Source of the DNA: Octopus sinensis
Lineage: Eukaryota
DNA length: 64,000 nucleotides
Reading direction: 5' to 3'
Assembly: GCF_006345805.1 (NCBI RefSeq)
Contig: NC_043013.1
Location: 56,482,001 to 56,546,000, forward strand
Part shown: positions 41,550-53,325 of the stretch, one piece after another
Layout of the letters: each line of letters starts with the position of its first letter
How positions within the stretch are numbered: the first letter of the stretch is position 1
Made by a program: the position numbers and the translations under genes
The notes under the pieces: generated by a model
The model's database searches: none
Seen by the model: only the letters and a program-made list of their open reading frames with translations
Told to the model about the DNA's origin: nothing

Positions 41550-42704
41550 TATAATATTATAGTGTATTATATTATATATATATATATATATTTATAAATG
41601 TATGCATGAATTCGATTATAATATATATGTATGTATATATATATATATATTCACTTACACACACACACGCAGTATGTATGGAATATTGTGTACACATGTG
41701 TATTTGAATATATGAACATGTGAGCAAATATTGGAGTGTGCATGTATGTGTGTGTGTGTGTGTGTGTGTGCATGAGTGTGTGTGTGTGTGTGTGTGTGCA
41801 TGTGTGTGTGTGTGTGTGTGGAGAAAATCATATTAAATTTTTGGTCTTCATTGCTTGTTTATGTAGAGAGCAGGAACTATAATGTCTTCAATGGTTTGTA
41901 TTCTATGTTGGCTTGTCAACAATTACTTAGCCGAGACCCTAAGGAAATCCTTGAAGATATAGATTTGGTGGAAATTGACTGGAATAAGTTTTGCGAAAAT
42001 AAATGATTTACTTCCATATCAAGGAAAAAATGAAATTAATAATCAAATGATTTTGTCAAATTCATTTTATTTTTGCTCTAAGCAGAAGTTTATCTTCAAT
42101 ATTTAGTCTGACTTCATTGGTTACCAATAAAAGACTGTACATACTTAAGAATCATGATTTTCATATACATAAACCCATTAACATTCTGTTTCCATGTTCT
42201 TCTGACAAACAAATCTGATAAAATGTTCCATTTGTTACAGTCTTTTCTCAGTATCTGTCTTTGGTAATATTCTGGCAGAAACAACGTCCTCAAATTTTAA
42301 ATCATATAGATCCTTCAATAATTGACTTTTAGGGGTAAGTCTTGATTCCAATGAGATTCAGGGTCAACCAAAATGAATCTGCAATTTTTGGAATACAAAA
42401 TCAAAATGCAATAACTTATTGAAACGGTAAAAAGTTGTGGAACAAGGTTAGACAGGGGAAGATGCAGACAAAAATAAGACCTGAATTTCTGTTTTCTATC
42501 TAAGGGAATAAATTTTATGATAAAGAAAAAAAGGTGGGACTGGCTAGTTTGGATTTTGCATACCACTGGTACTCCATCCATTAACTCCAGACTGATATGT
42601 AAAACTGGTTGGAACTGGACTTAAAATGAGATTAATATGATTCTGAAGTAGTAAATGTAGCTTAATAGTATCTGATTTAATATCACAGCCATTTCCCGTC
42701 TCAA

Positions 42705-42714
42705 GTCACGTGAC
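42705..42714. promoter_or_regulatory. Palindromic E-box / CLEAR-type motif GTCACGTGAC
   Basis: Exact match in non-repetitive-looking sequence; no linked gene identified. Confidence 0.2.
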
Positions 42715-44954
42715 CTAATGTCAGTCATTTCCTGAATCAAATCGTATGATGTAATTTCCCAGCAGCCACTTCATGGATAATTTCAGTCAAACCATTGTAA
42801 AATTGTCTTTCTTTCTTAATTTTTTGGTTTCACCATTCATATCAAAATGAATTCCCTCATACAGGATAAGGTTGCAAAGCTACATCACATTCTTATAACT
42901 TAACTAAAACCACACACATGGTAAATAACAAATAATATTCTTTCATAAACAACATTATTGGTAAACATTATTTATATTCCAGTAAGTATGGGTGATCATT
43001 CAAAACTGGTTTCATACTTATTAGGTCTCTTTAGGGGAAGTGTACTCTGTGTAGAACTAGCAATAAAATTACTACAGAAATGTTTCTTGGCACAGACAGG
43101 GAATTTAGGCAAAATTCAATTATTCTAGAAAGTCTGGCTTTGGATGTAAATTCTAGGAAATTGTTATCAATTATGATGACAAAAATGAGACAGCTTCTCA
43201 CTGTTTCTCAGGAAACCATGTGTTTATAAAATAAATTTGATTATATATTGTCATCATTGGTTTTTAACCCTTGGCTGGTCCTAGCTAAGTAGACATATGA
43301 TCAGTAACATGCCAAACATGACCATTCCATCTATTTAGAGGTATGTAGGACTGCATTATCTAATATGTTCTTTCTTTACCTAAGGCAGCAGTGATTGAGT
43401 TCAGAAAGATTTGGCTGCTGTTTCTAACAGCTCAAACTTCAACATAAACGCTCTGTCATAGCTCATCAAATATTGGTATATTACATTACAAGAGTCTCAG
43501 ACTTCAGGGGAAAGGAATGAAAAAAGATTGGTGACAGTTCTGTCATTCTTTAGAGAATTAGAACAGCATGTAACACTAACCATTCAGCTTTTCAGGTTTC
43601 TATTAGTTTTGAATATAACGAAGAATTTAGGGAATAACTTTGTCATGATTAAGTTGGGATTTGGAAATTGTGATGGAATACTTTAACTTAGAATCCTTTA
43701 AAATAAGATGTCCATATCAAAAATCCAAGAGCTGCTAAAAGGGTACAGTTCTGGCTGAAGACAACGAGGTACTTTCATGAAGGCACAAAATGTGTTAGAA
43801 ATAGCAGCTAATCACACCATACTAGACGAATACATTGCAGAATGTAATTGTAAATGTCTGAATTAGAAGACATGATAGTCACAGCTGGAATGGCTGTTAC
43901 TAGATCTACTGAATGAGCTCTCTTCTTATAGAATCCATTTCACAGTTCATAGAACTGTGAACATTTCAAGTCCTAGAGAATATCTCAGTTGGTGTTCTAT
44001 AGTTTCTTCAACTCTGTGCTACAGCAGTAAATGGTATCCTTGAAGGTGAGGTGGTCAGATATTTCTTTAATGAGATCACCAGCCTTCTGCCAATTCCATT
44101 TCTCTGACTATTTAAAATTGTCCTGAAGCTAGGCAACTGCACCAAAAGTTACAACCAGAAATTGAAACAGTGTCATGGGTATGTCCCACACAAACAGCCA
44201 TATTTTACTGCCTCATATTCATTTACTGTTAATAAAATATTATTTGTAATATCTTGTGTCTAGTCTAATATCAATATCATTCTAATATCTATTCCATATC
44301 TAATATTTATTTCATTCTACAATTTCTAGTAATTTATCTGTTTGTCATCCAAATTGAAGAAAATATTCCTGGTTTGTGGTTCTTTGCATTTGAAATGCCT
44401 CCTCCTCCTCCTCCTCCTCCTCCTCCTCATCATCATCATTTTAACTTCCACTTTCCATGTTTGCGTGGGTGAGATGGAAATTGTTGAGGCAGAGTTTCCC
44501 CAGCTGAATGCTCTTCCTCTCACTGACCATTGCCTGTTTCCAAGTAACATTCTCTTATGACTAGACAGGTTGCTTCAGAAGATCACAGATGATGATGGTG
44601 ATATATGATGATGCATATATGATGGTGATACTCGTTCACAACTGTCATGTAATGTCAATACACACACAACACACACACACACACACACAAACATATAAGT
44701 ACATGTATACAATGGGCTTCCTTCAGTTTCTGTTTACCATTCCATTCACAACGTTTTAGTTGATTCAATTCTATAATAAAAGGCGTTTGGCCAAAAATGG
44801 GACTGAATCAGAAACCACATCTTGGGGAAACAGATCTTTTGCCACACAGATGCCATGTCTGTGATGAGCTACCATATTCCTAGATTGCCTAATTTACAAT
44901 AGATGTAAATTTTATTTTTTGTAGATCTAAAATTCTTCCATAATAAACATTATG

Positions 44955-45340
44955 GAAGTGCAGCTGTGTGGTAAGAAGTTTGCTTCCCAACCACAGAGTT
45001 CTGGTTCAGTCCCACTGCTTGACACCTTGGGAAAGTGTCTTCCACTACAGCTTTAGGCCGACCAAAGCCTGACAAGTGGATTTGGTAGAAGGAAACTGAA
45101 AGAAGCCTGTTATATATATGTATGTGTGTGTGTGTGTGCTTGTCCCCACCACCCCTTGACAACCAATGTTGGTTAGTTTCTAACCCTGTAAATCAACAGT
45201 TTGGCATAAAGACCAATAAAATCAGTACCAGGCTTAAAAATAAAAACATCCTGGGTTCAATTCATTTGGCTATAACCCCTTCCAGACAGTGCCCCAGCTT
45301 GGCCGTAGTCTAATGACTGAAACAAGTAAAAGACAAAAGA
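44955..45340 (+). mobile_element. SINE family A
   Basis: Head gctgtgtggtaagaagtttgc, ggttcagtcccactg, and tail actgaaacaagtaaaaga. Confidence 0.8.
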
Positions 45341-45813
45341 TAAATGATAAATTGAAGTTTAAATATAACTTTAGCCAGGTCCCTTGGTGCTTGCAGATCT
45401 GATGTTGTCACAAGGAACTACAGTTTGGCTATATTTACTTAAGAATTCAAGCAGACAATTCTTGGACAAAAGTTTGCAAAACACTATTGATAGAGTTAAT
45501 GTAAATCTTTGATTAAAGGATTATTCCTTCAGTTTATATGTTTGGGTTGAATAATTCTTGATGAAATGGAAACAACATTATCACCGACAATGTTATTATA
45601 ACATCAGTAAAGGGATAAGAATGGTTAAATCAGACATTTAAAAGCTCACTTGTTTAGATATATATATATATGACAATATATATTACTATAATGCTTTGTA
45701 TGTATGGATTTGTATATTTGTGTGAGTGTGTGTATGCATACGTATGTGTGTGTACAATATATATATATTTATATATATGGATGTATGCATAAATATATAG
45801 GGATGTATGTATG

Positions 45814-45844
<31 letters not shown>

Positions 45845-45886
<42 letters not shown>

Positions 45887-46521
45887 CATTGGCTTAATTC
45901 ACCAAAATGTTGAAGTCTCTATAAATAACATTCTTGTTGAAGAATAATATACTTATATCATCATTATCATTTAATGTTAGTGTTCCATGCTAGCATGGGT
46001 AAGACAGTACCACAAGAGCTGGCCAGGCCGAAGCCTGTGCCAGACTTCTGTGACTGTTTTGTCAGGATTTTTACAGCTGGATGCCCTTCCTAACACCAAC
46101 CACTCAGCAGAGAGGACTTAGTGCTTTTTACATGACACAAGCACAGGTGAAGTTAGTTTTGACAAGGATTTTACAGCTGGATGCCCTTCTGAACACCAAA
46201 CCACTTTACAGTGTGGACTGGATGCTTTTAAGTGGCACCTGCACTGAGAGGGTGACCAAGTACTTGCAAGACCAAAACTTTTAAGCAGGAAGGAGGCATT
46301 GGAAGAGATGATGATGAAAAGGTTATAGTGAGACAGATATAGGTGCCTTGCTGAAGAGGAAGGACAAGGTTACCCGGCCAGAGAGAGAAAGACTAGAATT
46401 GAAGACAGAAACTGGTGTGCTACCACAAAGAAAATACATGGTTGCCAAAACTGAAGGAAATGCAGGGGAGAGAGAGAGAGAGAGAGAGAGAGACCACAGT
46501 ATGGAGATGGTGATGTATGTA

Positions 46522-46553
<32 letters not shown>

Positions 46554-46744
46554 GTGAGAATTTACAAAAAAAAAGCAAAAGATGAAGACGGGTGTGTAAA
46601 CAACAAACAGATGTATTAGTTTAATGCTCAGAAAATGAGAAAGTCTTTCGAGCCTAACAGAAAGGAACACAGAAATAAACATTTATATATATGGCAAATA
46701 AATGACAGAAGATGAAATATACAAGGATTCTCTCTCTCCCTCCC

Positions 46745-46775
<31 letters not shown>

Positions 46776-46786
46776 TATATATATAT

Positions 46787-46842
<56 letters not shown>

Positions 46843-47480
46843 ACATTGGCTTAATTCACCAAAATGTTGAAGTCTCTATAAATAACATTCTTGTTGAAGA
46901 ATAATATACTTATATCATCATTATCATTTAATGTTAGTGTTCCATGCTAGCATGGGTAAGACAGTACCACAAGAGCTGGCCAGGCCGAAGCCTGTGCCAG
47001 ACTTCTGTGACTGTTTTGTCAGGATTTTTACAGCTGGATGCCCTTCCTAACACCAACCACTCAGCAGAGAGGACTTAGTGCTTTTTACATGACACAAGCA
47101 CAGGTGAAGTTAGTTTTGACAAGGATTTTACAGCTGGATGCCCTTCTGAACACCAAACCACTTTACAGTGTGGACTGGATGCTTTTAAGTGGCACCTGCA
47201 CTGAGAGGGTGACCAAGTACTTGCAAGACCAAAACTTTTAAGCAGGAAGGAGGCATTGGAAGAGATGATGATGAAAAGGTTATAGTGAGACAGATATAGG
47301 TGCCTTGCTGAAGAGGAAGGACAAGGTTACCCGGCCAGAGAGAGAAAGACTAGAATTGAAGACAGAAACTGGTGTGCTACCACAAAGAAAATACATGGTT
47401 GCCAAAACTGAAGGAAATGCAGGGGAGAGAGAGAGAGAGAGAGAGAGAGAGACCACAGTATGGAGATGGTGATGTATGTA

Positions 47481-47512
<32 letters not shown>

Positions 47513-47700
47513 GTGAGAATTTACAAAAAAAAAGCAAAAGATGAAGACGGGTGTGTAAACAACAAACAGATGTATTAGTTTAATGCTCAGAAAATGAGAA
47601 AGTCTTTCGAGCCTAACAGAAAGGAACACAGAAATAAACATTTATATATATGGCAAATAAATGACAGAAGATGAAATATACAAGGATTCTCTCTCTCCCT

Positions 47701-47765
<65 letters not shown>
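45845..47765. repeat. Near-identical tandem duplication, period about 957 bp, with breakpoints in (TA)n/(GA)n
   Basis: aagagacattggc at 45881 and 46838; identical ORFs at 46081 and 47038. Visible differences are mainly microsatellite lengths. Confidence 0.95.
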
Positions 47766-47767
<2 letters not shown>

Positions 47768-47768
<1 letters not shown>

Positions 47769-48382
47769 TGTTCTATGATACATGTAACCTTTTAATCTGC
47801 AACACTAACTTCAGGAAGCCAGACTGCCACATTATAACCTATCAATCAGGGGACTCTGCTAACCTGATTGATTTCATCCTCACCAGACAGTGGGACGCAA
47901 GGTTGCTCTTAAATACAAAGACCCTCCTGAGTGAAGAATGTACCCTCCACAATAGGCTAGTCATTAGTGACTTTAGGCTTGAGGCCAGAAGGATACCAAG
48001 AAGCAGGCTAATCCAGAAAAGAAGGATTTGGAAGCTAAAGAACCCTTCACATGGTCAGAGATTTACGGACATCCTCATCAATAAATTTGATGAGAGGGAG
48101 GAGGAGCTACAGACGTTGGACATAGAAGGTAGCTGGAAATTCCTACGGGACAGCTTGCTGAGTGCCACAGACCAAGTTTGTGGATGGTGCAAAGTCCCTT
48201 CCAGACCTAGAGTTACGTGGTGGTGGAATAGTACAGTAGACAAAGCCATTAGAGCAAAGAAACAGGCCTGGAAAGCCTGGAAGAGTAGGGGTAGCAGGGA
48301 ACGGCACCAGGTAGCCAAAAGGGAGGCTGGGCGGCAGGTATACATAGCCAAGGGCGAAGTGGAAAAGAAGAAGTTTGCCAAT
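47768..48382 (+). mobile_element. RTE LINE fragment (endonuclease C-terminus and linker to RT)
   Basis: ORF 47768-48433 contains ITYQSG..IDFILTR..HNRLVISDF..RRIWKLK..WWWNSTVDKAIRAKKQAWKAW, typical of the APE C-terminus and linker. It is very similar to 63748-64000. Confidence 0.85.
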
Positions 48383-48922
48383 GGGTACGCTTGGAGCATC
48401 CATGTTCACTGCTTACTTGGTCACTTTAGATAATGAAAGCTATCAACTGCTCAATACCCTGCCTAGCATTTGATGGAGTCTATTTTCTGTTTATTTCTAG
48501 TGTTTATCATACCTGTGCATCTGCCACACACAAAGACTACCCTGTTAACCTTCCTTTTATGTGTCTGTAGCTTACACCAGGTACATCTTATGGAGTTTCT
48601 ACCTACACCCTTTTGGTATATCAAGCAGGGCCATCTACCTGAAGGGATTTGTGATTTGTCTGCTTTCCTACTAACTTTGGTTTTTACTAAATGAACTCTA
48701 AGGCCCTTTGATTTCAGAACTTGCTTCCACTCCTGAAATTTTTTCTTCAGTTCTGGTTGTGATTCAGCTATAAGAACAATTACGGAGATGTACTCGCATA
48801 GCAAGTAATTTGATCTGAGATCGTGTGCTGAAACGAAAACAATTACAGCGTGGAAGGTGTTTATAAGCCATTTAAGAAACACACAAAAGCCGTTCGATTC
48901 ACTCCAACATTTAAGTTTAATT

Positions 48923-48968
48923 TGTCAAAATATTTTCGTCGCTAAAATCCGCGACCTGTTCACTGACA
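48923..48968 (-). ncRNA. Hammerhead-like motif with G3-C8 swapped core (left arm)
   Basis: tgtca-GTGAACA-g-gtcgc-ggatttta-gcgac-GAAA-atat-TT-tgaca. Confidence 0.6.
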
Positions 48969-48984
48969 GAGATGCAGCACGGAC

Positions 48985-49034
48985 TTTGTCAGTGAACAGG
49001 TCGCGGATTTTAGCGACGAAAATATTTTGACAAA
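48985..49034 (+). ncRNA. Hammerhead-like motif with G3-C8 swapped core (right arm)
   Basis: tttgtca-GTGAACA-g-gtcgc-ggatttta-gcgac-GAAA-atat-TT-tgacaaa. Helix I is 7 bp, helix II is 5 bp, helix III lies in the palindrome AAAATATTTT. Confidence 0.65.
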
Positions 49035-49256
49035 TTAAACTTAAATGTTGGAGTGAATCGAACGGCTTTTGTGTGTTTCTTAAATGGCTTATAAACACCT
49101 TCCACGCTGTAATTGTTTATAAGAACAATGTTATCAACATAGAGATGTTCCCAGAGGCAGGCTGACTTAAATTGTTCTGTTATTGCCTGGATGATTATAA
49201 TGAACAAGAGGGTGCTGAGGATTGAGCCAAGGTGAACAGTACAGTAAATTCATTGC

Positions 49257-49507
49257 TATACTCATTATTTACATTATTTACAATTGATGGATATTTGTCC
49301 TCATCTTGTTTGTTGTTAACACAATGTTTCAGCTGATATACCCTCCAGCCTTCATCAGGTGTCTTGGGGAAATTTCAAACCTGGGTTCTCATTCCTAAGG
49401 TATTTTTCAATGTTGTTGTTATTTTATTATTATCATTAATATTCAGGTCAATACCTGGAATCGAACTCAGAATCTTGGGGTTAGTAGCCCGTGCTCTTAA
49501 CCACTAC
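49257..49507 (-). mobile_element. tRNA-headed SINE carrying an HHR motif
   Basis: Minus-strand head gtagtggttaagagcacgggctactaaccccaagattctgagttcgattccagg has A-box-like and B-box-like motifs, followed by an A-rich linker, the HHR motif and a (aaataatgt)-type tail. Confidence 0.8.
49318..49363 (-). ncRNA. Minimal type I hammerhead motif within the SINE (this copy has CpG-decay-type changes)
   Basis: gacac-CTGATGA-a-ggctg-gagggtatat-cagct-GAAA-catt-gtgtt. Helix III reads AACATT here and AATGTT in the 14616 copy, implying an ancestral palindrome AACGTT. Confidence 0.7.
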
Positions 49508-49830
49508 ATGAGGGTCACTAACCGCAGACAAACCATCATGCATGTGAATGCACTTCTCTCCCACAACATCACAATTTTCCCTGACACACTGTCTTGCAAA
49601 CTGAAACACATAAAACCACTGGTCCTCACACCACACAACATTGGTAAACTGCATACATCAAATAATAATAATAAATGAGTGGCTGTGTGGCAAGAAGCTT
49701 GATTCCCAACCAAATGTTTCCATGTTCAGTCCCACTGCGTGGCACCTTAGGCAAGTGTCTTCTACTATAACTTTAGGCCAACCAAAACCTATGAGTGCAT
49801 TTGGTAGATGAAAACTGAAAGAAGCCTATC

Positions 49831-49881
<51 letters not shown>

Positions 49882-49967
49882 AAACTTATTTGGAAGAGGA
49901 TGTGTGGCATTCAATCAAATTATATAATAAATATATATATGCATTTGTATGTACATATATGTATGTA

Positions 49968-50160
49968 TATACTCTTTACTCTTTTACTTGTTTCAGTCAA
50001 TTGACTGCGGCCATGCTGAAGCACCGCCTTTAGTCGAGCAAATTGACCCCAGGACTTATTCTTTGTAAGCCCAGTACTTATTCTATTGGTCTCTTTTGCT
50101 GAACCGCTAAGTGACGGGGACGTAAACACACCAGCATCGGGGACAAACACAGACATCCAA

Positions 50161-50193
<33 letters not shown>

Positions 50194-50357
50194 CGACAGG
50201 CTTCTTCCAGTTTCTGTCTACCAAATCCACTCACAAGGCATTGGTCGGCCTGGGGCTATAGCAGAAGACACTTGCCCAAGATGCCACACAGTGGGACTGA
50301 ACCCGGAACCATGTGGTTGGTTAGCAAGCTACTTACCACACAGCCACTCCTGCACCT
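49968..50357 (-). mobile_element. SINE family A, full-length
   Basis: Near-identical to 25831-26230. Confidence 0.9.
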
Positions 50358-51286
50358 ATGTGCATATCTATCTATCTATCTATCTATATATATAATATAT
50401 ATATATATGTATTTGTGTATGTGTTTGTTCCCCCCACACACTTGACAACCAATGTTGGCATATTTATGTCCCTGTAACTTGAGCGTTTCAGTGAAAAAGA
50501 CCAATAGAATAAGTCCTGGGGTTGATTTGTTCAACTAAAGGCAGTGCTCCAGCATGGCTGCAGTCAAATGACTGAAACAAGTAAAAGAATAAAAGAAGAC
50601 ATGTATACACACACACATGCACACACACACATGCACACACACACATGCACACACACACATGTCAGCACACACTTACACACACATTTATATCCATGCATAA
50701 ATATATTTTTGTTTGTGTGTGTGTGTGCACATGTATGTGCATGTTTATCAATGATCAGTTTTAGTGAGAATGAAATCTCACAGTTGAATCAAATCTTCTA
50801 ATCACTCTTCCCATCCCACCATCATCATAATAATAATAATCAACTCCCCTGCTCCAGTTTTAAGCCCCTTGGATAATATTTTACATCTTGTCATCAGCAC
50901 AACATCGACTTTACATTCTTTCCACTGAGGCAGCAAACCAAACAAGCTTAACAATAACCATGAAGAGCTAATAATCCAATAATCTATAGTTTTACTAAAA
51001 ATGGTTACTGTGATGCAATCGGTTCATTTTCATCTCTCCGTCTCTGGTGATCTTTGATAGAGTCACTTAAACCAAACAAATACAACTTGAAGATTAAGAA
51101 ATCTTTCTCTAAATATTCAGATTTTCATTTTAATTCTGAAACAGTTTTTCTCGTATTAACATGTCCACATGGTGTTGTCAGTCAAAAATTCTAACTTTGT
51201 CTCAAATTCTAAAGATGTCTCATGGAATAATGGTTATTCTAAATGATGACAGTCTTCTGGTTATGGCTCACCTCGTGTTCCCTTAA

Positions 51287-51496
51287 CCCTTTTGATACCA
51301 ACTTGCCTGAAACCGCCTCTGGCTCTCTAGTACAAATATCTTGTTTTCGTAAGTTTTGAATTGAAATCTTCCTCCAAATCTTAGTCACAATTTATGTTCT
51401 TAATACTAGCTTAATGATAATTAAGTTATTTTACTAAATTCTTTGTTATATTTAAAATTAATTGAGCACCTCAACAGAAATATGGTTACGAAAGGG
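51287..51496. mobile_element. piggyBac-type MITE (210 bp)
   Basis: TTAA at 51283-51286 and 51497-51500. Ends cccttttgatacca and tggttacgaaaggg form imperfect TIRs beginning CCC. Confidence 0.75.
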
Positions 51497-52376
51497 TTAA
51501 ACCTCAGAATTCACATCACTGCTGAAATTAGTCAGGATATCGAACCTTGCTTCAGGTGAGATTAAATAATATAAATTTGTCCTATTGTAAAAAAAGTGTT
51601 AAATGATCCAAGAAGAATTTTTGTGAAAAACAAAAAAAAAATGAAAAAAAATCAAAAAGTGATTGCCCTGATTCAAAACTTAACATTTTCAGAGTTTGTT
51701 TTAATTATTTATCATTTAATGAAATTATAGGAATGGTAATGTTGTTTCCATTCAAAGACCTCATCTGGTTATGGCTCACCTTGTGCTTAAGCCCTTGTTA
51801 ATTTCCTATTCACCATACAGACCTGGGCAAGGTTCTTTCTTGTGAGAGACTAATGGTTAGCCATGCATATAAGGGATTATATCAAACAGAAAAGCGAGGC
51901 ATCAGCACCTGCACAGATTGTTGGTGTTGTCAGTAAAATACCACAAAATAGAATAAATGGCATAAAGTGTTCTGTCTCGAGAAGTGATATTTCTGTGCAC
52001 TGGAAATATATTGTGAGACATCAATAAATGGGATTCAAGCAAAGACACTGACAATTGTTTTAGTGTCCAAGACAAGCACTGTGTATACAGGTGTGTATAT
52101 ACATACACACAAGCACACACACATACAGAGACATACACACATACACACATGCAAACACATCTACTCAGACAAATACACACATATACGTATATGCATACAG
52201 ACACTCGGTTATGAGAAAAGCTTTTGGCAAGAAGAGGTTTATATTTTGGCAAAAATTTCTTTAGACTCACAAATTTTAATTTCTTATTCTACATATGCTT
52301 TATCAGTTTATTTGTCTGGTTACTTATTATCATTTATGATTTTAATGCAAGAAACCATAATAAATTTTATTAATTA

Positions 52377-52417
<41 letters not shown>

Positions 52418-53285
52418 GCCATCATTTGTATGAGTTTGACAAAAACCAATTCTAAGAAATGTGAAATAACAACAACAGCAAAAAGCCATAACATGTAGCA
52501 TTGATATCACCCCTCTGCCTACATGCTCCCACCATCATCAGTTCCACCACTCCCACCACTACCTCCACTGCCACTTCCCTTTTCACCTCTTGCAGACATC
52601 AGAACAATTAAGAAATAATTCAATGATCAGCTGTCAAGTCTTACCAGCCAACTATCATATTTTTGCACTATTAGAAGCTTTGATGCAAATTTATCGTTTC
52701 TTTTTGGCTATTTTTGTGGGGTTTTTTTTACCATTTTGATAGCTTTATTTCTTAAATTGTTTAATTGAAATAATGATTTTATTGCTGTTGTTGTTATTTT
52801 TTAAAAATTTTACTTTTAAGTTGTAAGTGAATTAAAATGTTATGGCATAGCAGCTGCCTCAAACGAAAGTCTAACATATGTGGTGCAGAGTGGTGGAGAA
52901 AGGGAAGGGAAAGGAAGAGGTTTTGTAGCTTATCAGTGTGGATGTAGAGCTGCACACATACATCTGATTATTTACAGATATATATTTATGTATACATACA
53001 TACATATATACATATATATATATATTTATATAGAAAGAGAGAGAGAGAGAGAAATAAATAGATAGATATAAATAAATATTTATGTGTGTATATATATATT
53101 TATATACATATATATAAAAACACATATGCATAGATGTATACATATGTACATTTTTGTATATATATAAAATAAGTATATGTACGTAAGTAAATAAAACATG
53201 TATGTATATTATATATATATATGTATGTATAAGCATATATTCTTAAACATCAACATATATACATATACACATACACATACATACA

Positions 53286-53325
<40 letters not shown>

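Larger units (their letters stand above)
48781..49117. mobile_element. 337-bp insertion with a 12-bp TSD and 132-bp inverted repeats, each carrying an HHR-like motif (Penelope-like architecture)
   Basis: tataagaacaat at 48769-48780 and 49118-49129. 48837-48968 is the reverse complement of 48987-49118, with an 18-nt spacer. Confidence 0.9.
48383..49245 (-). mobile_element. Decayed RTE RT fragment interrupted by a 337-bp insertion
   Basis: Reads ..FIIIIQAITEQFKSACLWEHLYVDNIVLI-[insertion]-IVLIAESQPELKKKFQEWKQVLKSKGLRVHLVKTKV.. LYVDN is a decayed LYADD; the downstream part matches 60085-60450. Confidence 0.85.

Noticed and set aside
41867-42006. Possible exon ESRNYNVFNGLYSMLACQQLLSRDPKEILEDIDLVEIDWNKFCENK
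   Set aside because: Protein-like but short; no recognisable family and no supporting neighbouring exons.
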